Origin: a bacterium | Lineage (GTDB): Bacteria; Hinthialibacterota; Hinthialibacteria; Hinthialibacterales; Hinthialibacteraceae | Direction of reading: 5' to 3' | Assembly (NCBI GenBank): GCA_963663405.2 | Contig: CAXXSM010000088.1 | Location: 34,360 to 98,359 of the forward strand | DNA length: 64,000 nucleotides | Shown: positions 51,071 to 61,770 of the stretch, one piece after another | Position numbering within the stretch: the first letter of the stretch is position 1 | Layout of the letters: the number at the start of each line of letters is the position of its first letter | Notes under the pieces: generated by a model | Seen by the model: the letters and a program-made list of their open reading frames with translations, nothing else | Database searches by the model: none | What the model was told of the DNA's origin: nothing | Translations under genes and position numbers: made by a program

Positions 51071-52165
51071 TTAATTTCTACGGGAAAAAATATCGAGTAA
51101 GGGATCGATGGGCAGGGCTTCAACGGTTCGATTCATGAAGCCGGTTGTGGTTGTCGCTTTGAACATGGAATTATAGACCGCCTCTTCCACGGCTTCGACG
51201 ACGGCCAGAAATAGTGGGCTCATGGAATTATTATGAACTTCTTCTACACTCTGGATCCGATTTATTGGATTGTAAGAGATAAGATTTCGTGTCGAAAACA
51301 CGATGACGAAATCCCCAGAACCATTGCCGACAAACGAGCCTGTCCGGGCGAGGCCCAACGGCGCCCGGCGGGCCATTCGTTCCAAATTGCGGGATGAGAG
51401 AGGCGCGTCGGTGGCAATCACCATCATGCAGGAGCCTTTCTCTTGCGACGGAGTTTCCATACTCTCTCGATTGTTGTTCCTCTCTTCTTCGATTTGATCC
51501 TTGTAAGCGTACCGGCCTAGAATCTCTCCAACGGGCGCGGCTTTGATGGTCAAAACACCTCCAAAATTGGATTGTACAAGTACGCCAACGGTATATCCAC
51601 CAAGGCTTTCAGGAAGAACACGTGAAGCGGTTCCAATCCCTCCCTTCCAACCAAAAGCCATAGTTCCCATTCCTGCGCCTACACAACCCTCTTCCACCGG
51701 TCCATCCTCCGCCGCTTCGATTGCGGCCCAAACGTCTTCTTCCGTTACGCTCATTTTCCGAATGTCACTCAAATACCCGCAATTCGTTTCTCCCACGACA
51801 GCATTGACAGATCGAACGCTTTCATTGCCAGGGCGCCGCAGTGTCCACGCGACAACGGCTTTCACCGCCGTTCCTACACTGAGCGTATCCGTCAACACAA
51901 TAGGTGTTTCGATGTTTCCCAGTTCCTGGACTTGCAGGAATCCCGCCGCTTTGCCGAACGCGTTAGCGATGTAAACCGACGCCGGGACTTTTTCTTGAAA
52001 TACATTGCCCCCATGAGGAAGGATGGCTGTGACGCCGGTTCGTATCGTATCCCCTTCATTCAAGGTCTGATGCCCGACGCGAACGCCGCTTACATCCGTG
52101 ATGGCATTCAGTGGACCTGTTTGTAAAATACCTAGTTGAATCCCTAAATCGCGGATCCGTGGACG
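51071..52165 (-). CDS. dmpA: P1/S58-family DmpA-like aminopeptidase domain (C-terminal part of ORF 51071..52612)
   Basis: RPRIRDLG, NAITDVSGVRVGH, RTGVTAILPH, EEGCVGAG, KGGIGTASR, autoproteolytic G|SC in KGSCMMVIATDAPL, and GSGD. Confidence 0.9.
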   Translation of the reverse strand, partial: RPRIRDLGIQLGILQTGPLNAITDVSGVRVGHQTLNEGDTIRTGVTAILPHGGNVFQEKVPASVYIANAFGKAAGFLQVQELGNIETPIVLTDTLSVGTAVKAVVAWTLRRPGNESVRSVNAVVGETNCGYLSDIRKMSVTEEDVWAAIEAAEDGPVEEGCVGAGMGTMAFGWKGGIGTASRVLPESLGGYTVGVLVQSNFGGVLTIKAAPVGEILGRYAYKDQIEEERNNNRESMETPSQEKGSCMMVIATDAPLSSRNLERMARRAPLGLARTGSFVGNGSGDFVIVFSTRNLISYNPINRIQSVEEVHNNSMSPLFLAVVEAVEEAVYNSMFKATTTTGFMNRTVEALPIDPLLDIFSRRN

Positions 52166-53680
52166 CCCCTTCCACGGCTTCAATCTCTCTGAAACAGGAA
52201 TGCCATGAAGACGAGGACTTTGGAGATTGAACAGAAGGATTCGCCGCCACACATCAGGCATCTTGGATTGAATCATTTCCACAGCGGATGATCCTAAGTT
52301 AATTTGTGTTATTGGTACGCGTTTGACATATTCATTTGATATGCGCCCCGGCGTTCTTCCATATTTATAGGCGTATGTAAATGATCCAGCGTCTGTTAAT
52401 TCAACTTGGCTTAGAGACCGGTTTGGGATTGATATATAGAATTCATCTGTTGAAACAGCCTTTTCGTCATCTGGTTCCAACAAAAGTTTCTGACCTTGGA
52501 GAGATGTATATAACTCCATCGCCGTCAATCGCGCTGGATCGATGAAACGAATCGTCTCCGCCAAAAGAGGCGCGTATGGAGCCTCGCCTTCCGCTGTTCG
52601 ATATTCGCGCAACCGGGTAAAGGCGGTTTGAAAGAGATCCTTGTAGAATGGAAAATGTGTACAGCCAAGAATGACCGATTCGATCGGCTCGGTTCCTCCA
52701 TTTCGCTTGTGAGTCTCAACTAAGGCTCAATGCATGATACCGGATATAGTTTTCCACGCTATTCAAGCGTATAGAATCGATTCGTTGATCCGCTCCCAAT
52801 AATCCTTCACGAAGAAAACCATAGCGATCGAGAAGATTCGGATCGATAGGCGCTTGTGGATGATTCACCGCGGGACCGCGATAGTTCTCTTTATCCAGCT
52901 GTCCTGAAGGATCAATGTAGGATGCGTCTCCCTCGATCGCGCCCGCTAAACCAAGACACCCTTGCTGAATGACGGACGGCGCAGGTTGGTTCAGTTCCCT
53001 AGCGATTGTCTCAACCGCGCGGATGTATCCTTCACTGCTGCACGTTCCGAGAGTCGCCATCAACTCCAATGGAGCCAGTGGTCTTCCCTTTCTTCACCGC
53101 TCCTTTCGCTCCCGCATTCACAACACCGATAACGTGATGGGAAGATTCCAATGTTTCATCGCATTTACGATGTCATTCAAACCATAGGCCGTAGCCGTAT
53201 TGCAAGCGATCACGATCGCTTTGACCGGCGGTTTATCGAAGCTGGGATATTGAGAATCACTGTAGGGCCAATAGCGGGCACCTAATAAAAAGATAGCGTC
53301 TTTGAGGATCAGTTCCCGCAAAAAATCGGTTTTCCCTTCGGAAGGGTAGTTCCCATAAGGCATATTGGCCTGATCGCCCAAATAGATGAAACGTTCATCT
53401 TCAAAATCGGCCCGGCCATCGGAACCAGGTTCATGGGTTCGGTTATTGAATTCGTCCAGCTGTAGAATTTCGTTGAATACCGTCAATCCTCCAACTCCAG
53501 AATCAAACACGCCGATAGGATATTCCTTCAAACTTGCCGTATAACGAGAAAATTCTATCGTGAAAACTTGCGATTCCCGTCGACGGCTGTTTCTGCAATC
53601 TGGGGAAGATCGTATCCATAAGAAGGAAGCGAGACGAATGGAAAGATTAGTAACGATAGAAAAATCATGGAACGATTCAT
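52166..53680 (-). CDS. Secreted Asp/Glu-racemase-like domain (frameshifted), in frame with the DmpA domain at its 3' end
   Basis: Signal peptide from ATG 53680, PIGVFDSGVGGLTV, YLGDQANMPYG, IVIACNTATA and ATLGT. VILGCTHFP (about 52650..52680) is in the same frame as the peptidase. Confidence 0.75.
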
Positions 53681-53755
53681 AGACGCGCCTTTTGAAATAA
53701 TCATATATAAGTAACTCATACTAAAGACTTTATAAAGATTCAGATAGATTAAACG

Positions 53756-55540
53756 TTAAGCCAAATACTCGTGATCCCGAATATCGGTCATAATTTCGCG
53801 GTTCACTGGTATCCCAGTAACTGCCATCTCTGTGGGTAATGGTTTCGGCACGATTTGACAGATATTAAAAATGAATACCGCGGAACCGGTACGATCCACT
53901 AATTTCAAGAGAAGTGGATGGCGTCCTTTTTCCAATTGAATTCGCGCGCTGGATTGATTGGGAAGGGCGGAAAGACGCTGAAAAGACTTTTTATTTTCAT
54001 ATACTTTTTTTCCTCCAATCCAGATGGCGCAGTCCTCATCATGATCGATCCACAATTCCGCTTCTTCATCGCGTGGAACGTCGATCCAACTGAAGGCATA
54101 GTATGAATGGCCATCTTCCACTCCGAAGTAGGATTCAAAGTCGATAAATTCATCGGAGAAGTAAATCGGTTCCGACCATCCATCGGCGCCGGCTTTGGCG
54201 ATCACTTTTTCGTCAGGCGCATCAAGGCATGAAGTTTCGAGATCCGTTCCTTCTCCAGAATGAACCAGCCAAATATGATTCGATGTGCCGAACCGTGTCC
54301 GTCCATTATATCCGCCCCCGCCCCACCGCGGCGCCTTGGGGCGGGTGGATGTTCAAAATAGTACATGGATTCTTCAATGTTGTGTTCTCCAGTGATCGTG
54401 ATACGATCCTCGTCCATCGTTCCCAAGCCCTCACGCGCAGCGCGTAAGAGATGCGAAACAATCGACCGGATTCAATCCCATCAGCCGCGCGCATGTAGTA
54501 TCGAGCGCCACCATGTCTGTTCCCGCTAGAATCATGTTACGCCGTACACTCGGTCCACTACGGCCTTATCCCGCTCTTTGCAGACAATCGCGTCGACAAC
54601 GTTAAAATCTGGACATCAATCGACGCGAGGTCGACAATCTCCCGCTCGACGGAATCCCGCATCCCCAGCCTCGATGAAGGACGGGATCGCCCGGAAATGG
54701 GCCGCCATGTCCCTTCCATGTCCCATATTTCGCGCCCGCCGCGATGCAATATGATTTTTCAAACACGCTGTCAGACGTGTCGTATGAATTTTCATGACGG
54801 GGATATTGATAAACACATCTGTATCCATAAAACAGTCATTAATCAATACGAATCGAAACCGGAAAATCGATGAAATCCGGCACAGGGACTTCATGGATAT
54901 TGGACAGTGGATCATCGTAACTGCCGAAATCGGCGTCGATAAGGTCCGTATGATTTCCTCTGGATTCAAGCCGGTCAATCATGGCGCGATATCCCCTGAT
55001 TTCGAATCCATCCGCGATCGGCGCCATACCGGTGTTATAGGGGGTGTTTTGCATTTCCGGCGCAAGCCAGCCCGCGCCGCCTTCCGCGACGGTATACTTC
55101 AAATTTGGTATACCGAGATTCTCCATCCATAGGATGATCCCTTCCACAACTCTCGAATCTGTGACAACTCCTTCCCCTTGTTTGGAAATATCAACTACAT
55201 TCGGTTTTAGGGTGATCCTCGCTCCTTCAAAAAGAAGAGGTTTCAATTCACCCGATAAGTCCAGCGCCCGCGCAACCATTTCATGAATCTGTTCCCCTTC
55301 CAACTCTTGGTTGAGTGGCGCAGGGGAGCTCAGCGCTCGATCATCTGAACGGACAAACGCGATTTTCGTTTGATAATCGGAAGGCACGCCGTCGTATTTG
55401 AGCTGGGAGACAGGAACCGCTTCCGTGTGATGCCTTGATTGATACGTGTCAGCTAGATCGATGATGACTAAAATGGCGGCCAATGAACAAAGAGTGATTC
55501 GAAATCCCATGCGCCGGGCAGGAACAAATTCGAGTTTCAT
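53756..55540 (-). CDS. DUF362-domain protein with a C-terminal beta-sandwich (PA14-like) domain, several frameshifts
   Basis: ITLKPNVV, VVTDSRVVEG, VAEG, DVFINIPVMKIH, LTACLKN and NMILAGTDMVALD. C-terminal YYAFSWIDVP...AIWIGGK...LEKGRHPLLLK. Confidence 0.7.
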
Positions 55541-55562
55541 ACGTTTCTCCTAACCGATTTAA

Positions 55563-56165
55563 TTATCTAATTTCTCTGTTTCGTAAAGAACAATTCACAC
55601 CGAAAATATCACCGGGAGAGATCAAACCATTCGAAGAATCATAATACGCTCCCGTCAACCAGCCTCCACCAGCATAGATAAAATCAACATTTTGATATTT
55701 TAATCCGGTCCGGGACTGCCGATTTTCCAATCGGACGCCCCCAGGCTTTATACCAATCATGACTGGGATCTCTCGTCGCGCTTCCGCCATGCGTTAGATA
55801 AGTTCCATAATCGTATGTGAGTCTGCCTTCAGGACCGCCGACCCGGTGACAGGCGTCTCCAATCAAGACATCATCGGCTTGGAAGACGTCGGTTAGAACC
55901 GCATTCATATAGGAGACAGGACTGGTTAACAACGCGTAGGAATACGCCCAGCAATGTCCTGTGAACAAGTCATGTGGGCAGTGTCCCTCATCCAATTTAT
56001 ACATAGCGAGCGCCGTCGCCAGCGCTCGCATGTCAGACTCGACACGGGCCAATTTAGCGCGAATCTGAGCGTTCAAAAAATTGGGGACAGCGATCGCCGC
56101 AGTATTCCTATGATCGCAACGACAATTAACAACTCAATCAGTGTAAAACTTTTCCTTCGACACAT
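55563..56165 (-). CDS. Prepilin-type cleavage/methylation domain protein (pseudopilin paralogue 3), frameshifted
   Basis: MCRRKS|FTLIELLIVVAIIGIL..IAVPNFLNAQIRAKLAR, LTSPVSYM and YDSSNGLISPGDI. Confidence 0.82.
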
Positions 56166-56264
56166 CCCATTTCTCCCTTTCGTCTGAAACGTGAAAATAC
56201 ATATTTCCCTAGTGATAAAACAGAATATCAAATACATTGTGATCTATATTACTATATCAATGAA

Positions 56265-57622
56265 TCATGTGACCATTGGATAAATTTCCGTATCCCTTCG
56301 ATTATATAGTCAATCATCTCATCCGTATATTCCGGTCCCATACGGACCTGGACAAACCGGTGATAAAGGCCGATGGACTTAGGGCAACACGTTTCCCATA
56401 TTGAATCGCTTTGCCTGCCGGAGAATTAAAGGATGGCCAATTGGGATGACGGGCTCGCTTGTTTACACTGATGGATGGATGGGAAGGATCTTTGATTGAC
56501 TTAGAATTCCAGCGGAATCTTTCTCTTTCTCAATTCCCGGACACACTGATCGCGAGCCGCTTGGTTCTGGAGCGTAAAGTAAACTCCATAACCAAGGTCG
56601 CCATTCGGATCGGGCCGTTTTCGAAACTGGATACCGGGCAGATCGCTGATCCCATCAAGCACAGCGTTCGCCGATCGCTGCAATCCCTGAATAATTGTAT
56701 CCAATTTTGCTAGTTGCGCGCCAAGTACCGCTCCGGTAAATTCACTCATACGCAGGTTCTGTCCGCCAAAAGCTTCTGTACGAGTTTCCCCCAGCCGGTC
56801 ATGGAACACCGTTCGTAAAAGCCCCAAATCATGATAGCGAACCGCCCGTTCGTAAATCATCGGATCATCCGTCATAAGGCGCCTCCCTCACCCGAACTAA
56901 TGATTTTACAGACCTGGAAACTGTAGATCCCTGCATCGCCGATCGTTCCAAGTTTTTTTCCCCCATTACGATCCACCGACAGACTGCGCGGCGTCCTCAA
57001 CAACTGCGATCCCTTTTTTCCGCGCAATCTCCATGATGGGGTCCATGTCACAGTGTCCACCCACAGAGTGCACGGGGATAACCGCTTTTGTTCGAGGCGT
57101 AATTTTTCGCGCGAAATCCGCTGGATCGAGCCCGATCGTGCGATCCATCTCGGCAAAGACAGGCAGCGCCCCGGCCATTAGCACACATGTATAGTTCGAC
57201 CACCAGGAGAATGCGGGAATGATTACTTCATCTCCCGGTCCAATCTCAAGGGCTGTTAACGCGCAATCCAACGCCGCCGTGCCAGAATTGACACCGAGTG
57301 TGTATTTCGAGCCTGTATACTTGGCGCATTCTTCTTCAAATGTTTTTGTTTTGGGAGGATTTCCTGGATAATGACGGAATGGGGCGCGCGCCTCAAGCAC
57401 ATCAATCAGTTCTTCTTCCTCGCGGGAGTTATAAGATTGCGGCCCTAAAAAACCAGGATCGATCGGCTGATCGAGAATCTTCCGTTTCCCGGCGAAAGCA
57501 GGCCGGCTTTGAATTGCGAGTCCAAGCCCTGTTGCGGAAGCGGCGGTCATTCCTTTGTGGATAAAATAGCGGCGTGAAATTCGTTGTGGCTCAATTCTAT
57601 TATTTTGAGGGCGTTTTGACAT
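56265..57622 (-). CDS. DegT/DnrJ/EryC1/StrS PLP-dependent aminotransferase with Tat leader, frameshifted; 3' end approximate
   Basis: ISRRYFI leader, VNSGTAAL, GDEVIIPAF, VVEDAAQS, YSFQVCKIISSGEGG (PLP Lys) and NLRMSE. Confidence 0.88.
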
Positions 57623-57672
57623 AACACACCTCCTTTTATCGAGTGAGCTCAATATAACATATAATCAACGAT

Positions 57673-58439
57673 TTATTTACTCTTTACATTGCTCATTTGA
57701 GATGCTTTGTATACTCTTACATAATCAAATAAGACACTATCCGGCAACGTTGCTCCATCTATTGATCCAGCCCATTCGCCCACTTCAAGGCTGAGAATGA
57801 TATATTGTGGAATATGCGATATGGCTTGCTCGGTTCGCCACGCTTCCTTGCCATCGATGAAAAAGACATATTCCTCCGGCGTCCATTCCAGACCGATGGT
57901 ATGAAATCCATCTTCTGTTTTTTTCATCTCATATTTCGAACCGGCTGATTTATGGTACTTTTTGTCATAACCACCCCAATGGATATTCATTAAAAGAGTG
58001 TTTCCTTGTTTGACCAAATATTCAAAGATGTCAATTTCCGTTCCATGTTCGGCAGGAACGCCACCATCGATGAATTTGGGGGATTGAAGCCAGAACGCGG
58101 ACCAGTGACCCAGCTGGGTTTGGAATTGAACGCGGCATTCAAAATACCCGAAACATGTTTCATACTTCCCCTGCGTTCCAATCATGGCGGTATGGTATTC
58201 ATCCCCAACCTTCTTTGTCGTTAAAACCAATTTACCGTTCTCTACCTTCACCGTGTCCTTCACATTGACAGCGTCCCGGCGAGGGCCTAAACCGCGATAG
58301 TCCCATTTTTTCATGTCTAATCGTTTTTCCATCAAATTCATCCGCCCAAACCAGCTGATAGGAATCGGAGGGAGGAGAAGATACGGCTATGTATGGAAAA
58401 ATCGACAGCGCAAAAAGTAACGACACGATCGTTTTTCAT
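57673..58439 (-). CDS. GH16 glycoside hydrolase, frameshifts near the 5' end
   Basis: YQLVWADEFDG, GYFECR, WSAFWL, catalytic EIDIFE, FHTIGLEWTPE and DYVRVY. Confidence 0.9.
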
Positions 58440-58451
58440 AAAAAATCTCCG

Positions 58452-60155
58452 TTAATGATAAGGAATAACCGGCGCCGCGATCGATGGCGGCGCCTGGGGC
58501 GCCACATCCGGTTTGTCGAGCAAATATTGGAACATTAGATAATCAACGAGCTTGTAATAGGCGTACCCTATTTGATCGAGGTTGGATTTCGCATACTCGG
58601 TGACGAATCTTTCCGCGCTTTTCACGCCATGTTCTTCGAACACACGAACAGCCGCTTTCTCAAATTCCACTTGGTTGTTGAAGTATTTTTCTTCCGCCGG
58701 TTCGAAAACACTCCGTATATCTTTCATACAGTCCTGATAATTTAAATGATTGGCGAGACTGGAAACCAGACGAAAATTCCATTGAGCCTGGTTCCGGTCA
58801 ATGCGTGTAAAATCAGCGGGGCGCCCCCATGAATCCGGAAGAGCAATCACTCCAGCGTAAATCGGGCTGAAGCAGCTGGTTGACGCAGGTCCATAAGCGA
58901 ACCATAGGCAGGAACCGATTGAATCCGGCAGCCATTCCCGCATCTGCGCGGCAAAGACGTAACCACTTGTTGGCGTGCCGATGGCTCGCTCTGGTTTGAC
59001 ACCAACAAGATCGAATAATTCCGACGGTCCGTAGGGACGCGCCAATGGATTCTTCATCCCATTGGGATTAAACGCTGGATTCTCCGTCAGGTCAAATTCC
59101 GTCCCTTCATACCCATCTCTCATGATGCGTATAAGCTTCCTCACATTGACGGCCTGGTCCGGTTTCACGGAAAAAGGATAGCGATCCACAAGAGGATCTC
59201 CGGTGGCTTTTAAATCGAGGGAAGGAGCGGCTAAACTTAAAGCCCTCCATTCTCGAAATGTGTTATACCGGCTGCCTGGATCGCCGTAGACTTCATACCA
59301 AATGAAGGAATCGCCTTCTTTCCAAAAACCGAGTTCTTCCGCCAAAGAATAGATATTCGGGGAAGCCATGAATGCGTCTGGATCGCTCAAATCCACTTCC
59401 CCAATCCGGCTGCGATTCGCGCTGCATCCAATCTCTCCGTCAGGGATTCTCTGTGCGCACCATACTCCACCCGGCTTGCCACTGTCCGGCGTCCAATTCT
59501 CGCCCGGACCGAAAATTTCCATGAGCCATGCTTCGTTCTCGTCGGCGATTGGGAGCGCGACACCCGCTTTAGGAGCGCGGTAGTAGAGGAAACCATACTG
59601 CTCCACCATCGAACCGGCGATTTGAATCGCTTCCCGCGCCGTCTTCGCTCTCATCAGCGCGTTTGCGATTAGCGAAGTCGACCAATGGTTGCTATTGGGA
59701 CCGACAATTCCCTTCGAACAAGCCAGTCCCTTCCGCATTGGTAGAAACTCAATCGCGACGCTTAGTCCATACTCGTTCATTCCCCCCGTTGTCATACTTT
59801 CCAAATTGCCTCCAAGGAGAATCGTACGATATGTTTTTTTAATAGGCAAATACCCATTGAATTCGTACCCTTTCCGGAGATTGGCTTGATATTCTTCGTA
59901 ATTGACGGGTCGCGGCACGTTCCAATACATCGGGACTTTCTCGTTTTCTGAAAATTCCATCGCAGGCATGATACGGATCACACCCATGATGTCCCCATCG
60001 CAGGAACTGCTCATCAATACGGAACCATCATTCGACGCTTGTTTTCCCACGAGAAGTGTCGTACAGGCGGAGCCTGATCGGTTAAAGATACAAATAAGAG
60101 TCGATATCACGATTGATACGGCGATTCGTTTTATAGTAAACTGTACTCTAACCAT
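58452..60155 (-). CDS. C69-family dipeptidase (Ntn hydrolase)
   Basis: Signal peptide followed by A|CTTLLVGKQAS.DGS, MNEYGL, RAKTAREAI, IADENEAWLME and SANRSRI. Confidence 0.9.
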   Translation of the reverse strand: MVRVQFTIKRIAVSIVISTLICIFNRSGSACTTLLVGKQASNDGSVLMSSSCDGDIMGVIRIMPAMEFSENEKVPMYWNVPRPVNYEEYQANLRKGYEFNGYLPIKKTYRTILLGGNLESMTTGGMNEYGLSVAIEFLPMRKGLACSKGIVGPNSNHWSTSLIANALMRAKTAREAIQIAGSMVEQYGFLYYRAPKAGVALPIADENEAWLMEIFGPGENWTPDSGKPGGVWCAQRIPDGEIGCSANRSRIGEVDLSDPDAFMASPNIYSLAEELGFWKEGDSFIWYEVYGDPGSRYNTFREWRALSLAAPSLDLKATGDPLVDRYPFSVKPDQAVNVRKLIRIMRDGYEGTEFDLTENPAFNPNGMKNPLARPYGPSELFDLVGVKPERAIGTPTSGYVFAAQMREWLPDSIGSCLWFAYGPASTSCFSPIYAGVIALPDSWGRPADFTRIDRNQAQWNFRLVSSLANHLNYQDCMKDIRSVFEPAEEKYFNNQVEFEKAAVRVFEEHGVKSAERFVTEYAKSNLDQIGYAYYKLVDYLMFQYLLDKPDVAPQAPPSIAAPVIPYH

Positions 60156-60405
60156 GTGTCTCTCCTATGGTTTTATGATATTTGAATCTAGTGATTAAAA
60201 ACTGATGCATTCGTTTCAACCGATTCTTTACCGGTGAATCCATCTTGTCAACGGTTCTAATCCGTGTTGATTTTTTCTTCACCACACGTACTAAAGAACC
60301 GTTTCAACCGTCCTTGCTTACCGTACGCCCCATCACGCCTCTTCCATACCGGAGAGAAAACACTATGGTTGAAAAATGTAGAATAATCACTCGAAGAGAA
60401 ATTGC

Positions 60406-61770
60406 ATGCTCAATCGTTTTTATAATTTTCGCATCCTTTCCCGGATCTGGATCGTCGCCTGGCCTACGGTGCTCTATTCGCTGATGGAAACCACTGTGGG
60501 GCTGGTGGATATTTTTTTTTCTAGTTTTATAGGCCATCAAGCAATGGCCGCCATTGGTTTTTCCCGCCAGGTCTTTCTCGTGTTGATGATCGGCACTCTC
60601 GCCATTACGACGGGAACCATCACGTTGGTCTCTCAATACTATGGCGCGCGCCGTTATGGAGACGCGTCAGCGGTCGCCAGCCATTCTTTTCTCTTGTCGA
60701 TTATATCGGGAATCGGATTTGGAGCGGTCGGAGTCGCGATCGCGTATCACAGCCTCTATCTAATGGGCGCCAAGGGAGATACGCTCAGTAGTGGAACCGC
60801 CTACCTCCAAGTCCTGCTTGGTGGCGTAACCTTTATGCTGATCAATTTCTCAAACAATGCGATTTTCCGCGCTTTGGGAGACGCTAAAACACCACTTAAA
60901 ATCTCCGGTTTGATTAACTTCCTTAATGTGTGCTTCAATTATGCGTTTGCTTTTGGATTTTGGTTCATCCCTGCTTATGGAGTCATGGGATTAGCGATAG
61001 GAACGGTGCTCTCCCGTGCGATTGGTGGGATCATCGGACTCTATATCCTTACAGATCGTAACCGCCAGGTGCGAGTGAAACTTTTCATACGTCCTCATGC
61101 GGAAATTTTACGGCGGCTGCTGCAGATTGGATTACCATCCGGGATTTCGGGCTTCATCCGAAACGGCGCCCGAATCCTATTCTTCAGCATCATCGCGGCC
61201 ACAAGCGCGGGCGCCGCCGCGGTCGCCGCCGCGACGATCGGTTTTCAGGTTCGCCTTTACGTCATCATGCCTTCCCTCGCGTTCCAAGTCGCAACGGCGG
61301 CGCTGGTGGGTCAGGCGATCGGCGCGAATAAAATACGGGAAGCGGAAGAACTTGGTTGGACCACAATTAAACTCTGTTCAACGATTATGGCTATCTTGAG
61401 CCTTGTTATCGTATTGTTTCCCGGTTTGATCGTCTACGTGTTCTCCCGTTCGCCCGAAGTGATTGAACTGGGATGTCTTTCCATGCGATTCATCGCGCTG
61501 GAGCAATTCTGTAGTTGTATATCCATTGTCTCGAGCGGTGCGTTGTCGGGGGCTGGAGACACTCGTCCAGCCATGCGGTATACTATTATTTCTCAGTGGA
61601 TCTTGATGCTGCCACTCGCGGCGGGTTTGGTCTATTACACTTCGTTTGATATTATGGGCGCCTGGTTCGCATGGGGATTCGCCCCGATCGTACAAGCGGC
61701 GCTGACTTTGTTACGTTTTTCAAGGGGACATTGGAAACAGATCAATCCAGCGGCTATTACAAGGGATTAG
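60406..61770 (+). CDS. MATE-family efflux transporter
   Basis: About 12 TM segments with the MATE repeats SQYYGA, FRALGDAKTPL, GQAIGA and GAGDT. Confidence 0.93.
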   Translation: MLNRFYNFRILSRIWIVAWPTVLYSLMETTVGLVDIFFSSFIGHQAMAAIGFSRQVFLVLMIGTLAITTGTITLVSQYYGARRYGDASAVASHSFLLSIISGIGFGAVGVAIAYHSLYLMGAKGDTLSSGTAYLQVLLGGVTFMLINFSNNAIFRALGDAKTPLKISGLINFLNVCFNYAFAFGFWFIPAYGVMGLAIGTVLSRAIGGIIGLYILTDRNRQVRVKLFIRPHAEILRRLLQIGLPSGISGFIRNGARILFFSIIAATSAGAAAVAAATIGFQVRLYVIMPSLAFQVATAALVGQAIGANKIREAEELGWTTIKLCSTIMAILSLVIVLFPGLIVYVFSRSPEVIELGCLSMRFIALEQFCSCISIVSSGALSGAGDTRPAMRYTIISQWILMLPLAAGLVYYTSFDIMGAWFAWGFAPIVQAALTLLRFSRGHWKQINPAAITRD

